This document shows, in pieces, positions 7,747 to 18,517 of a DNA stretch of 64,000 bases (the stretch's first letter is position 1; each line of letters opens with the position of its first letter). This DNA is from Deltaproteobacteria bacterium (lineage in GTDB: Bacteria; UBA10199; JACPAL01; GCA-016699445). The stretch spans positions 2,222,619 through 2,286,618 of the forward strand of contig CP064976.1 of assembly GCA_016699445.1 (NCBI GenBank), given 5' to 3'. Under the pieces are notes generated by a model. It worked only from the letters and a program-made list of their open reading frames with translations, was not told the DNA's origin and searched no databases. Made by a program: the position numbers and the translations under genes.

Positions 7747-9810
7747 CTATCTTCCATTAGGTCTTGGAAATGGTCCGGCATCTGCCGCAAAACCTATACG
7801 TGTCGTTTCAGCTCTGAGTAATGCTACTCTCATTTGTCTGGCACGAAAAGCGTCTGGATGCTTGGCTTCTGCTAAATCATCAGGTTTGAAATGTTTTACG
7901 AGTGCGGCAAAAGCTGGACGGACTCCCAATGGTGAATAGCCAAACATATTATGAGGAGATCGAAATCCTGTAAGATCACGAGGTATATCGGGTGAAGGCA
8001 CAGCACCCACATGGAAATTATTAGCCATCATGATGCGTTCAGCATCAGGAATCTTATCATCTCTGACATGCATGCCAGCGATATTACGCCGTGGAATGTA
8101 TTCATTGGGCACGAAAAGCGCTCCCTTCCGACGAAGAGGCGCATAAGGTGAAGGGAAAGGAAATGAAGAGATTCGTGTGCCTGAATCAAATAAGGCATTA
8201 CTTCTTCCTCGTTTGATATTAGTTTTCATTATTTCATAAATCGCTGAAGGATCTTTGCGACTTAAAAATCCTCCTGTTGTATTCAATAAATGCCCTCTCA
8301 TCACAGGAACAAAATTAAATATTTTTTCGGCGATGATAGAGTCTGGTTCAAGACCGAAAAGATATAAAGAACCAATGATGCCACAATAATCAAAAGCTCC
8401 TGTGTGATCCCAGGCTGAAATATTCCCTTGGGAAGGTTGTCGTTGTTGATCATGTCCTGAAAAAAGAAGATCAGCTCCTAGGATATTTTCGATTCCTTCG
8501 GGAACTCGATGCCTAAACATAAAATCTTTATCTGATTCACTTCCAATGATTCGGATTCCTGAGTAAGCATTGACAAGCATGGGTAGCGCCCATCGATTCG
8601 CTATCTGATGGTCATACTCTTGCTGAGTCAGTTTGCCATTTCTCAAATCGCTAATAAGATGTCGAGGGTGAGATGTGAGCTCATATAATAACTCCAGTGA
8701 CTGCATTCCCGTAGGCCCTTGATCGATGCGGTACGCTTGAGTTCTGGAAAGAAAAGTTGTGATGGGAATTTGAATATCCCATTTTTTAAGTATTTTTTGA
8801 GCGGCTTCATGTAAGTTCCAAAGTGCATTAAAACTTTTTTCTTCTCGTTTTTTTCGTTCATTTTCACGAGCGTTTTTATCTCCACCAATCATGGTTTGAT
8901 TATAGGCTATGTAGTTTTCAGTGAGAGATTTGTAAGCATTTCGAGCTACTGTAAACTCATCACATTCTTGAGACGTAGCTCTGTCTTTAAATTTGAGAAA
9001 AACATTGTCGTAAACAGTCAGCTGCCATTCGAGCTCAATATTTTCTATTTTGAGATGAAGCGGAAGTGCTTCTTGCCAAAGCTTATACTCTCTTTCAAAT
9101 GAGTTTTCTTGAGTACTAGATGGTGAAGCAAAAAATAATTCACGATAATCTTCATTAGCTTCCAACGCTTGAGCGTATAAGCCCGAGAGTTTGTCTTGTA
9201 TCTCTTGTGGTAAAACTGCCATGACGCGATCGTAAGCTGCTTCACTCCATTCAAGATCCGCTGCATGAAAACGTTCATAAGACGCCCGTCTTTCAGCTGT
9301 TTCAATGTGTGAAGGAATCGCTTCATAAACAACTTTTTCTTCAACAAGTTTTCTAACGGCTGCAGGATCGGTGACCAGATGGGCAGGAGGGGGTGGGGAT
9401 TTAGGAAATTCGCGAATCAAGCGAGCTCCTAAATACCCTAAAACTGTAGAACTTTTTCTTCCCAAGGTATCAATCGCTTCAACTCCTGGAGCTTCACTCA
9501 CAGAAACATTCAAAGCTTCTGCAATATTTTTATTAAAAATAGGAGCCAAAGAAGGGTGATAACTATGAGGTTGAAGCGTCGTAAAAAAGTCTCGTGCTTC
9601 AGGGATGGTTTGAGGAGGCGTTGATGACAATCCCACTAGATTTTGATCCAAAGATTTTAGCTCTTGATGTAAGTACTGAGCGATAGCCATTATTGGCGCT
9701 TCGCTCAGTCTATCTGTTTTCTGTTGGGCTAAAAAATCACGAAAATTAAGTGTGGATAAAAAATGGCTCGTGGCAAAAGTCAGGGCTTGGTTTGTTGAAG
9801 GGGAAATCAT
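7747..9810 (-). CDS. Hypothetical protein, 687 aa, no recognised domain; polar uncharged N-terminus
   Basis: Long ORF, 28-nt spacing to upstream gene, N-terminus MISPSTNQALTFATS. Confidence 0.6.
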   Translation of the reverse strand: MISPSTNQALTFATSHFLSTLNFRDFLAQQKTDRLSEAPIMAIAQYLHQELKSLDQNLVGLSSTPPQTIPEARDFFTTLQPHSYHPSLAPIFNKNIAEALNVSVSEAPGVEAIDTLGRKSSTVLGYLGARLIREFPKSPPPPAHLVTDPAAVRKLVEEKVVYEAIPSHIETAERRASYERFHAADLEWSEAAYDRVMAVLPQEIQDKLSGLYAQALEANEDYRELFFASPSSTQENSFEREYKLWQEALPLHLKIENIELEWQLTVYDNVFLKFKDRATSQECDEFTVARNAYKSLTENYIAYNQTMIGGDKNARENERKKREEKSFNALWNLHEAAQKILKKWDIQIPITTFLSRTQAYRIDQGPTGMQSLELLYELTSHPRHLISDLRNGKLTQQEYDHQIANRWALPMLVNAYSGIRIIGSESDKDFMFRHRVPEGIENILGADLLFSGHDQQRQPSQGNISAWDHTGAFDYCGIIGSLYLFGLEPDSIIAEKIFNFVPVMRGHLLNTTGGFLSRKDPSAIYEIMKTNIKRGRSNALFDSGTRISSFPFPSPYAPLRRKGALFVPNEYIPRRNIAGMHVRDDKIPDAERIMMANNFHVGAVPSPDIPRDLTGFRSPHNMFGYSPLGVRPAFAALVKHFKPDDLAEAKHPDAFRARQMRVALLRAETTRIGFAADAGPFPRPNGR

Positions 9811-9838
9811 AAAATCCTCATTTTTATAGTTTTAGTTT

Positions 9839-11647
9839 TTATGCGGCTACTTGAAGAGGTATCGACTTATCGTATTCATACTTTTTCACAAGTTTAGAGA
9901 CTTCAAATAGAAGTTGTTGGATAGCCGCTTCATCTTTTTGTGAAGAGGTCAGATGTCTTTTCATTATTGATAGCAATCGTCGTTTCATTTCTTCTCGATC
10001 ATCTTTTGCTTTTTGAGGAGGGATAGCTCGGATGCGAGCAATGATAGTGAAATAACGTTCTTCTTCTGAAGTAAGTTTGGTTATTTCATCTTCACTTATT
10101 TCTGTATTGAGAGCCGATGACCATTGAGTGGCGAGATTTGCAAGATACTGATCTGCAGGGCTGTAAGCACGTATAAGTGCATGGACTTTATCTATGATTT
10201 CTTGATCGGGAGTGTCTGCTGTTACATAAAAACCACCCGTCTGACGAAAATCAATAGTTCCTCCCGTAATGATAGGCTGAATGAATGGAAAAGTGTCTGT
10301 GAATTTTGGATCAATCGTAGTGCCTCCTAAAATATCAATGACAGAAATAAATACAGCTTTATTCATTTTTGCAGAAGTAGCTTTTGCAAGTTTAATTAAG
10401 CCAAAAATATTATCATAACGTTCAGGATGTTCTAATTTTACCACATTGTCATACATCGTGGGTATATCTAGAGTACCATTGTCTCGATAAACACGTGGAG
10501 CTCGTCCTCCTTGAACAAAAACGGCTGGCTCAATACCGAGTTTTTCAACGTTGTTTACAGTTTCATTAAAAGCTTCGGTTTGTGAGTCTTTGTTAGTGTT
10601 ATCACCATTCTGTTTAATCGCTGGTGGGAGAGCTAATACATCCATTAACCAAGAAAATAGAATCATTTTAGCTGCACGATTATTTCTAAAATTACTAATA
10701 TTTGCCATGAATCGTATTAAAGGACGAAGCGCAAATAAAGTGTAATTCGTCCACATCGTATGTCCATAAAGAGCATGAAAGATAGGTGTTCCTTTTGAAA
10801 CGTTTATTAAATTATCGAAACCCTGAGATGTCATACTCATCTTGTAGATTCGTGCTTGTCTTTGAGCCCAATAACCTAAAGCGTACCCAATGGCTTGTGT
10901 AAACTCAGGTGTGGCTTTTGCTTTACCTCCCATGAAAACTGTAGCGATATTGACAACAGTTTGAACAAATCCTTCCGCATGGACAGACGTGCGTCTAGCA
11001 AGTCCGAAAATTGTAGAAGCAGTATTAAGAAGTCCTGCATAGAAAGCTTTTTCAGAAGGAATTCTTTCTACACCCTCTCCATAGCGAGGCATGTTATTTT
11101 CTAACAAGTCTTGATGTTCAAACTCTTTAGGAACATCAGCCCCCAAAACTCCCAGGGCATTATGCTCAAACCTTTCCCAAGCATCCATTGTCAGCATCGC
11201 TCCTGCCGCCATTTGATTTTTGATGATAGCGTTTTCAACTCTATTGCTGTGATCTAAGGCTGCTAATGTAGAACCTAAAACGGCAGCAGCTGCCATTTGA
11301 GCTGGGTGAGAACCATAAGCATAAGCTATAAAAGGCATTAGCAAAGCTCTCCAGGGACTTAATTTCGAGTCCATTCTTCCAAATCGTTCGTTCCAATAAG
11401 CGAGTGCAGAACTTCTTTCTGGATTCATTTGCTTTCTTAAATCATCGGGCAGGATGGGACGAAATCCTCTGGCTAAGAGTCTGAGAACGGGTACCGTATA
11501 AGTAAGAGTCATAAGAGCATCAAGTGCGTAATTCGTTCCTGTCAAAACAGGTGCTGCTTGAGCTAAAGCTTCAAGGGGTTGAGTGTAGGCCGCTATTCCA
11601 ACAGCACCAGGAAGTACGCGAGCTGTAATAGAGTTTGGAGATGTCAT
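9839..11647 (-). CDS. Hypothetical protein, 602 aa, no recognised domain; polar uncharged N-terminus
   Basis: Long ORF, N-terminus MTSPNSITARVLPGAVGIA; AT-rich 200-bp upstream spacer. Confidence 0.6.
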   Translation of the reverse strand: MTSPNSITARVLPGAVGIAAYTQPLEALAQAAPVLTGTNYALDALMTLTYTVPVLRLLARGFRPILPDDLRKQMNPERSSALAYWNERFGRMDSKLSPWRALLMPFIAYAYGSHPAQMAAAAVLGSTLAALDHSNRVENAIIKNQMAAGAMLTMDAWERFEHNALGVLGADVPKEFEHQDLLENNMPRYGEGVERIPSEKAFYAGLLNTASTIFGLARRTSVHAEGFVQTVVNIATVFMGGKAKATPEFTQAIGYALGYWAQRQARIYKMSMTSQGFDNLINVSKGTPIFHALYGHTMWTNYTLFALRPLIRFMANISNFRNNRAAKMILFSWLMDVLALPPAIKQNGDNTNKDSQTEAFNETVNNVEKLGIEPAVFVQGGRAPRVYRDNGTLDIPTMYDNVVKLEHPERYDNIFGLIKLAKATSAKMNKAVFISVIDILGGTTIDPKFTDTFPFIQPIITGGTIDFRQTGGFYVTADTPDQEIIDKVHALIRAYSPADQYLANLATQWSSALNTEISEDEITKLTSEEERYFTIIARIRAIPPQKAKDDREEMKRRLLSIMKRHLTSSQKDEAAIQQLLFEVSKLVKKYEYDKSIPLQVAA

Positions 11648-11850
11648 GATAAAATTCCCTTTCTATTAAGATTCTTCGTAATTCTTTTAAAGAAGTTGTG
11701 TTTTGTGTGAGAAAAAAATGAGATAATAAAAATTTTGTAAATATTATAGAGGGTTAGGATGAAAATTTTGTTTAAAAAATAAAAGTAAGCCTACGAAAAG
11801 AAAAAAAGATGGTGAGTTGAAGCTGGGACTGTTTGTTCTGAAAAAAACGA

Positions 11851-13548
11851 TTAGTAAAACCGAGTATTATTATTAGCCGCCTGAATTTTTCCTAATGTCA
11901 TCGCTTGCATGCGGATGGCAGCAATTTCTAAATTGCGGGCTGTTTCTGCCGCTGTGTCGCCTTGATAGTCACTTACTTTCAAAATCCCGCAAGGTGCTAT
12001 CATGACCGTTTGGTTTTGTTTAACCCCTTGACGTAAGACTTGTTTGATATTGGTTGGTAAAATTTGGCCTGTACCGCAGATAGCATAGACGACAACATAA
12101 GTATCATTTGAATATTTTTCATTTGTATGTGCTGCAAAATTAAAAGCTCCGGACCGAAAACGTAGAGCTCCAGTTTCTTCATTTCTATCGGGAGTCTCTT
12201 TTCGTTTGCCTTCAGGCATAACCCATACAGTAGCACTTTGATCTCCAGAATTATCCACCCATTGAGACGCTGTTTTTTCTAATTCTAAATAAGCAGCATT
12301 TCCACCTTCTCTATCCAGATAAAAATGAGGAAATGTTCTTATCGTGCTGTCGGCACTCCAAAGATCTCGATTTGCAGGGTGTAAAAAAGGGTTTTTGCCT
12401 AAAACAAGAGATGTCTCCAGTTCTTTTTTAGAAGCAAAAGCCCCAGGCTGAACTCCAAATAATAAAATGGGATCCAGATGAGCTAAGTGATTACTAATGG
12501 CGATAATTTTAGATCCTTTAGCGATCAATTGTTGAATTACTTCCATCAGGTTTAAATTGAGAAAAATAGGGCGCCAATTTTGATGTTGAAGTAAACTTAA
12601 AGACCCAACGCCTAAAAGTTTTTTATAATCGTGACGAGAGGGCGTATTTAGTGTGCTCGATGCCGCTAAAGCGGCAATATGCATAAAATCAGCAATAAGC
12701 GTTGTTAGAGCCCAATGACTATAATAATGTTTGCCTCCAGCCCCACAACTATCTCTAAAAGCCTCAAAAAAAGCATCCGCATCTGTCATCGTATCTCTAT
12801 GAGCAGAGTCTCGAGGAGGTAACTCTCCAAAATAATCGTCAAAGTCTCTTGTACTAATAGGTCCTTGGCTGACATGTTTTAAAAACCGTTTTACATGAGG
12901 GTGGTCTTGAAAAGCTTCGATGCCTCCACGAGCTAATATTTCTTCAGCTACTTTGGGATCTTTAGAGAGTAGTAAATGTGCAAGTTCAAAAGGTGTGTTT
13001 AAAGTGGGGTTTGCTTTTGCTAATTTTAAACTTTGAACGACACTTCTCCACAATCCATGATTAAATGTATGGGGGCTGGTTTGTGTGGGTAATTCCGATA
13101 ACCATTTTTCAGCTTCTGCTTGAATCCCACTAATATCAATAAGACTATCTCGAGAGTATTCAAAAAGCGCTCTTCTAACTTCTTCTTTCTGGCTTAAAGC
13201 TTTGCAAACACCCGCATGATCGGCAATTTCTCTAAGAGCCGACGCGGATTGATGAATATCAGAAGACGTAATAAGCTGACGATGTCGAAGTTTATTATTT
13301 AAGCGTTGTTTTTCAGGAAGATCGGGATGTTTTCTTAGGGTCCGTGTATCGATCGCAGAAACATATTCATTGGTTATTCCTAAAATAGACGACATTGTAT
13401 TGGTATAAGGATGTTTTGTCCCAGGAGTTAGGCGAAACAAATGATCGATCAAATGACTAAGTGCACGTTGGACATCAAGTCCGCTTTGGACACCATCCGC
13501 TAAAGCGGGAGAAAGAAAAACTCGGGTTGGTGCTACTGTTGATATCAT
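11851..13548 (-). CDS. Two-domain protein: unknown N-terminal domain + C-terminal lysophospholipid acyltransferase (PlsC/GPAT-like) domain
   Basis: HX4D motif in IAISNHLAHLDPILL, motif III-like VWVMPEGKRK, motif IV-like TYVVVYAICGTGQILP; paralogous to 15525..17198. Confidence 0.7.
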   Translation of the reverse strand: MISTVAPTRVFLSPALADGVQSGLDVQRALSHLIDHLFRLTPGTKHPYTNTMSSILGITNEYVSAIDTRTLRKHPDLPEKQRLNNKLRHRQLITSSDIHQSASALREIADHAGVCKALSQKEEVRRALFEYSRDSLIDISGIQAEAEKWLSELPTQTSPHTFNHGLWRSVVQSLKLAKANPTLNTPFELAHLLLSKDPKVAEEILARGGIEAFQDHPHVKRFLKHVSQGPISTRDFDDYFGELPPRDSAHRDTMTDADAFFEAFRDSCGAGGKHYYSHWALTTLIADFMHIAALAASSTLNTPSRHDYKKLLGVGSLSLLQHQNWRPIFLNLNLMEVIQQLIAKGSKIIAISNHLAHLDPILLFGVQPGAFASKKELETSLVLGKNPFLHPANRDLWSADSTIRTFPHFYLDREGGNAAYLELEKTASQWVDNSGDQSATVWVMPEGKRKETPDRNEETGALRFRSGAFNFAAHTNEKYSNDTYVVVYAICGTGQILPTNIKQVLRQGVKQNQTVMIAPCGILKVSDYQGDTAAETARNLEIAAIRMQAMTLGKIQAANNNTRFY

Positions 13549-13688
13549 TTAGAAAGCTCTTTTCCAGAAAACTTTTTATTAGTATTACATTGATGTCTTA
13601 AAAGTACGTTTAATCATTATCGACATTATAAATAAAAAAGTTGCCTAATATTTTTTTAAAAACTTTTATCCTTTTTAGATATTTCTCC

Positions 13689-15464
13689 TCATTTATTTCC
13701 TAAATAATAAGCCAATACGGGGGCTAATGAGTGGTAAATCATTTGAAAAGCTACCAGTTGAGAGGCTCGTGTGAATGCCATAGTTGGTTGGCTTCGCAAA
13801 ACTCTTCCGGTAATACCTGATCCTCGTGCATAAGCAATTTCTTGTAGAGCCGCTAGAATGACATAAGGAAGAGCTGCTGCCAAAGCGAAGGTCGCGATAA
13901 GAGCAGTAGGATTATTGAGCGGTTGTAAGAAGATTTCAGTTGCCACAAGGGGTGCTGTGATTCCCAGCGCGGAACGTGAGTCTTGGTACGTTTCTTTTTG
14001 TGGAGATAGAGACATAAGAAGAGAGGTCAAAATTCCTGCGGCTGCAGCCCTTAAAGTTTCATGAGTATTATGAGTCGGTGCTCCTGGGATATGTTGCTGT
14101 AAAAAGGATCCAGCAAAGGCTCCAGATGTCAAACCAACAGCTTCAGAAATTAAGCTTGCAGCTTTTTGGGGTATCGTTGGTAGTATAAGCGGATTTTCTA
14201 TTTGCTCACGAGTGATGAGAAAATGCCCTGGATGTCTTGGGTCGGATCTTTTAATGGTTCGATAACCGGCCAGTTCATGTACAATGCTTCCGTTATGTTC
14301 TTGGACCCACTTAAGAAGTTGAGGCTTGGAAGCATTGACAGCAAAGGTAATTCCATTTTTTCTTTCGGGATTAGCATGGTCTAAGGCAAATTGAAGCATG
14401 TCCATATCTGACGGGGAGTCGGTATACGCAGCAACTGTTTCCAGTTTTAATCCACGTTCTTTAAATAAATCTGAAAGTCTTGTGAGTGCCCGAGCTTTTT
14501 CAACATCATGAAGGTAAACCATTTCTCCTGATAGTTTTTGAGTTTGAGGATCTACGGTAAAACTAGTCCCCATGACATTTTCAGGCGGCAAGCCTAAATC
14601 GCGAGCATGATCTTCAATAAGAGGTTTAGGGGAGGCGGAAACAAGAAGGACAAGATGGCCCGCTTCATAATGCCGCACAATTTCATCACAGAGAAATTCA
14701 CTAATACCTTCTCGTCCATGAAGCCGATGCCAATGAGAGAGACTGGCTCCAATTTTGAGAGGGTCCATATCTTTGATCGTTTCAGCAATGAACTTTTGTA
14801 CTTCTTCACGATTGATATGTCCTTCTCTTACTTCTTTTATCCGGGCTTTAAGTGAGGGGATAAGGATCTTTAAAATCTCTTTCTCCGCACCGGTTTGTTC
14901 TTCTAATGTAGTTTTTTTAAATAAGACTTTGAAGGCAATACGCCCAATCCAATCCATCCATCCTTGTCCTGCTCGAGTCGTTCCATCAACGTCAATCAAA
15001 ACAACTTTTGGTGAGTTATCTTTGTATTTTTCAGGGTGAGTCAGGACATCTCCCAATGAAATAGGGGTCCGATAAGAGGAAGCATTGATGTCGACAATTC
15101 CTCGGATTTTGGCCCTTGCAACAGCGGTTTTCAATAAAATGCCTAGGGTGGTATCATAGGGAATTTTAGTGATAGTTTCTCCAAGTAAAATTTGGAGAGT
15201 GTGTTCTGGTCTCGTTAGTGGTGTTAAAAATTGAGAAGTTGTGTCTGTATTTGGTAAAAAAGTTTTCAGGGCATTAGGGATATATTCTGCAGGAACCCCT
15301 TGAGCCCCAAGTGCTTTAACGGCTGCGGTAATATCATTTTGAGCAAAAGCATCATTAATAATCGGTGTTAAGTTCTCTCTAATATTCGGAGGAAGATGAG
15401 GCATGTAAGCTCTAAAATCAAATATAGAACCTGCTGTGAGAGTGGGTCCTGTAATAGTATTCAT
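13689..15464 (-). CDS. HAD-IB superfamily phosphatase domain protein with hydrophobic C-terminal region
   Basis: Motif I VVLIDVDGTTRAG (DxDGT), motif II LVLLVSASP, motif IV AAYTDSPSDMDM; C-terminal 150 aa hydrophobic. Confidence 0.7.
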   Translation of the reverse strand: MNTITGPTLTAGSIFDFRAYMPHLPPNIRENLTPIINDAFAQNDITAAVKALGAQGVPAEYIPNALKTFLPNTDTTSQFLTPLTRPEHTLQILLGETITKIPYDTTLGILLKTAVARAKIRGIVDINASSYRTPISLGDVLTHPEKYKDNSPKVVLIDVDGTTRAGQGWMDWIGRIAFKVLFKKTTLEEQTGAEKEILKILIPSLKARIKEVREGHINREEVQKFIAETIKDMDPLKIGASLSHWHRLHGREGISEFLCDEIVRHYEAGHLVLLVSASPKPLIEDHARDLGLPPENVMGTSFTVDPQTQKLSGEMVYLHDVEKARALTRLSDLFKERGLKLETVAAYTDSPSDMDMLQFALDHANPERKNGITFAVNASKPQLLKWVQEHNGSIVHELAGYRTIKRSDPRHPGHFLITREQIENPLILPTIPQKAASLISEAVGLTSGAFAGSFLQQHIPGAPTHNTHETLRAAAAGILTSLLMSLSPQKETYQDSRSALGITAPLVATEIFLQPLNNPTALIATFALAAALPYVILAALQEIAYARGSGITGRVLRSQPTMAFTRASQLVAFQMIYHSLAPVLAYYLGNK

Positions 15465-15524
15465 AATTATCCTTTCATGAGTTTCTGTAGTCGCAGGTGA
15501 TTTGTAAAAGTTTCGAATATTTTT

Positions 15525-17198
15525 TTATTTTTTGTTTAGTAGTGAAAAAAGCTGATGATTTCCAGCTGCTTGAACAGCTCCGAGGCTAGCAGCATGTGCT
15601 CTCATTATAGCTCTATGGAGATTATCTGCAGCCTCACGAGGGTTAGCCCCCTCATCAATATGTTCTTGAAGAGGGATGAGCCCATCAAAGCTCACAACAA
15701 CAGGTTGTTTCCTCTGAACGCCTTCTTTCAATAATTGATTTATTTTTGAGGGTAGAGCTTCGGATGTGCCATAGAGAGACACAACAACTACATATGTATT
15801 TCCCTTTTCTCTTTGAACGCGTGCAGCAAAATTAGCAGCTCCATGATGAAAGAAAGATTCACCTACTTCTTGGCCACGTATATCAGAGGTTCGTGACCCT
15901 CCCGGAAACCAGCAAATGGTTTTTCCTTTTTCGATTTGTTTTAAAGCAGCTTGCTCTACTTCTTGATAAGCTTCAGATTTTTTGCTTCGATCTACGGGAA
16001 TATGATTTCCTATGCCTAGAAGAGAATCTTCATGCCATCGAGAAGGGTCTAAGGGGTGATTGAAAGGATTATTTCCAAGTATTGGAGCCTTCCAAAGCTC
16101 TCTTTTAGCTATAAAAACCCCTTTGAAAAGGGCATAGAGTATCAATGCATCGAAGTGACTTCGATGGTTAGAAATGGCAATAATATTGGCCCCATCTTTT
16201 TTTAGCTTTTCTATTTCTAGTAAAACTTCGTGGTTTAAAATAAAAGGCTGCCATTGTAGGTGTTGCATAAGGCTAACAGTCCCCATGCTTAAGAGCCTTT
16301 TATATGAAGTGCCGGATGGATCAATCAAATGACTTCGTGTGGTGAGAGCTCCTACTTGTAAAAAATTAAATACAACTTCGGCTATGCCAAGCCGACTCAA
16401 CGTTGGTACGCCTTCAGGTCCACGACTTCTTTTTATTGCCTCGATAATTTGCTCGGCCTCACTTTTTTCTGGAAAGAAGGGGTTGGCTTCTGGGGGTTCT
16501 AAGGCAAGATAATGAGCGATATCAAAAGGCCCAATAGGACTTTGTTTAGTTTTATGTAAAAGCTTTTCAGCATTGGAAAGACGTAAAATGATCTCTGATA
16601 TTGAGAGTCCTAAAGCACCTGCATAAAGGCTAAGTGTCGAAAGATTTAATTGATTATTAAAAAGCTGATATAAAAGTATGGAAGGCAATCCAATGGCATG
16701 AAGTGCTGATCCCATCTCTCCCCAATAAGCAGCTTGTTTCCATAGGCTGTTAGAAATAGGGGTTGGGATATAAGTCTGACAAAGGCTTTTCCAATACTCC
16801 ACTTCGCGACAGACTTGTGTTACGTTGGTTTTTGTATCTTCTAGGCTATCTTCAAGTGATTTAAGAAGTTCTTTTGAATTGTGTAAGAATACAACTAAGC
16901 TTGGGTAGTTTCCGATTTCTCTTAAGGCATGGGCAACATCTTCAGGTCGAGTCGATCTAAGCATGGCTCTGTGATGAAGATTTTTTTCTGAAGAAGGGTA
17001 TTTCTTCACATATTCTTCCACAGCTTTTGCAATCATAGTTGTAAGCGTTGGAAAAGGATTGTTTTTATTGAGTTCACTGGCTTCAAAAATATGATTGCTA
17101 AGCTGAAATAAGGCCGCTCTTGTATCATCTGTGCATTTGATGCCTTCTTTAAGTGAAGGTGTAAGGGGTAGTCGCGTTTGAGTAGGTGCAACAATCAT
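15525..17198 (-). CDS. Two-domain protein: unknown N-terminal domain + C-terminal lysophospholipid acyltransferase domain (paralog of 11851..13548)
   Basis: HX4D in IAISNHRSHFDALIL, motif III ICWFPGGSRTS, motif IV TYVVVVSLYGTSEALP; N-terminus MIVAPTQTRLPLTPSL parallels MISTVAPTRVFLSPAL. Confidence 0.7.
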   Translation of the reverse strand: MIVAPTQTRLPLTPSLKEGIKCTDDTRAALFQLSNHIFEASELNKNNPFPTLTTMIAKAVEEYVKKYPSSEKNLHHRAMLRSTRPEDVAHALREIGNYPSLVVFLHNSKELLKSLEDSLEDTKTNVTQVCREVEYWKSLCQTYIPTPISNSLWKQAAYWGEMGSALHAIGLPSILLYQLFNNQLNLSTLSLYAGALGLSISEIILRLSNAEKLLHKTKQSPIGPFDIAHYLALEPPEANPFFPEKSEAEQIIEAIKRSRGPEGVPTLSRLGIAEVVFNFLQVGALTTRSHLIDPSGTSYKRLLSMGTVSLMQHLQWQPFILNHEVLLEIEKLKKDGANIIAISNHRSHFDALILYALFKGVFIAKRELWKAPILGNNPFNHPLDPSRWHEDSLLGIGNHIPVDRSKKSEAYQEVEQAALKQIEKGKTICWFPGGSRTSDIRGQEVGESFFHHGAANFAARVQREKGNTYVVVVSLYGTSEALPSKINQLLKEGVQRKQPVVVSFDGLIPLQEHIDEGANPREAADNLHRAIMRAHAASLGAVQAAGNHQLFSLLNKK

Positions 17199-17326
17199 AA
17201 GTTTTTATTATTTCCTAATTATTTACAGTCTTTTATTAAGCATCGTATTGTCTTTTCAAAAGTTGCTAAGTAATTTTGAAAAAAATAAATAAAATCATGG
17301 ATTAGATTATTATCTTCTCATGACGT

Positions 17327-18517
17327 CTAGCATGATTTGCCCGCTGCCCACCCGGACGACCAGGCCCATTGGAAGTTGTAGCCGCCGAGTTCTCCTGTGA
17401 CGTCCAAGACTTCTCCAACAAAAAAAAGTCCTGATATGGATTTTGATTCTAGGGTTTTGGATGAGAAATGGTCAGTGTCGACCCCACCTCGGGTCACTTC
17501 AGCGCGTGCGTAGCCCACTGTTTTTTCGGGAGTCCATGTCCAATGATGAATTTTTTCCACGAGCTCTAGAATTGTTTGATTCGAAATTTCGACAAGCGGT
17601 TTGGAAGGAAATTCAAACACAGTGGCTAAATGCTCTGCCAAGCGGGATGGCCAAAAAATTCCCATGAGAGTTTTAAACGTTTTTTTTTCGCCCTGATTTT
17701 TTTTCTCCAAAAACCATTCTGACAGTTTTTGATTTTGACACCAATCAATCTCAATAGATTCTTTTTGCTTCCAATAGAGTGACGCTTGAAGAGCTGCTGG
17801 ACCGCTTAAACCTTGATGAGTGATGAGTAGGTCGTCTTCAAAATTTTTTGTTTTGGTTCGAATACACACAGGGGTTGAAAGACCTGAAAGCGTTTTCCAT
17901 AAATCCTGAAATTCAGGATTTCCACGAAAACCATCGAGGGCAGGGGATGTGGGGATGATGTTCATGTGAAACTGTTTAGCAATTTCATAGCCAAATCCCG
18001 TGGCTCCAATTTGTGGTAGCGACAGTCCACCCGTCGCGATGACGAGAGTCTCTGAAGAAAAATTTCCCTGTGAGGTTTCTGTTAAAAAATTTTCCGGATC
18101 TTTTTGAATCGAGAGGACTTTTGTCTCCAGAAGTATTTTGACCCCAGCCTGTTCGCATTCATGAAGGAGCATGTTTAAAATATCTTTAGCGGAGTTTTGA
18201 CAAAAAAGTTGTCCGGGTTTTTTCTCCACGTAAGCAATCTTGTGTTTTTGAATCAATTCCAAAAAATGATGAGGGGTATAACGAGAGAGGGCGGATTTGC
18301 AAAAATGAGGATTTTGAGAAACAAAATTTTCAGGAGTCGTGTTGAGATTGGTGAAATTGCACCGACCACCACCTGAAACCAAAATCTTCGCTCCCGCTTT
18401 GGTATTGTGATCGATGACGACAACTTTTCGTCCTCTTTTGGCCGCTTCAATCGCGCAAAAAAGTCCCGCAGCTCCAGCACCGATAATGAGTGTGTCGTAA
18501 TTTTTCTTAATATTCAC
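17327..18517 (-). CDS. FAD-dependent oxidoreductase, HI0933/BaiN-like family
   Basis: N-terminal dinucleotide fold YDTLIIGAGAAGLFCAIEAAKRGRKVVVIDHN and GGGRCNFTN motif. Confidence 0.8.
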   Translation of the reverse strand: MNIKKNYDTLIIGAGAAGLFCAIEAAKRGRKVVVIDHNTKAGAKILVSGGGRCNFTNLNTTPENFVSQNPHFCKSALSRYTPHHFLELIQKHKIAYVEKKPGQLFCQNSAKDILNMLLHECEQAGVKILLETKVLSIQKDPENFLTETSQGNFSSETLVIATGGLSLPQIGATGFGYEIAKQFHMNIIPTSPALDGFRGNPEFQDLWKTLSGLSTPVCIRTKTKNFEDDLLITHQGLSGPAALQASLYWKQKESIEIDWCQNQKLSEWFLEKKNQGEKKTFKTLMGIFWPSRLAEHLATVFEFPSKPLVEISNQTILELVEKIHHWTWTPEKTVGYARAEVTRGGVDTDHFSSKTLESKSISGLFFVGEVLDVTGELGGYNFQWAWSSGWAAGKSC

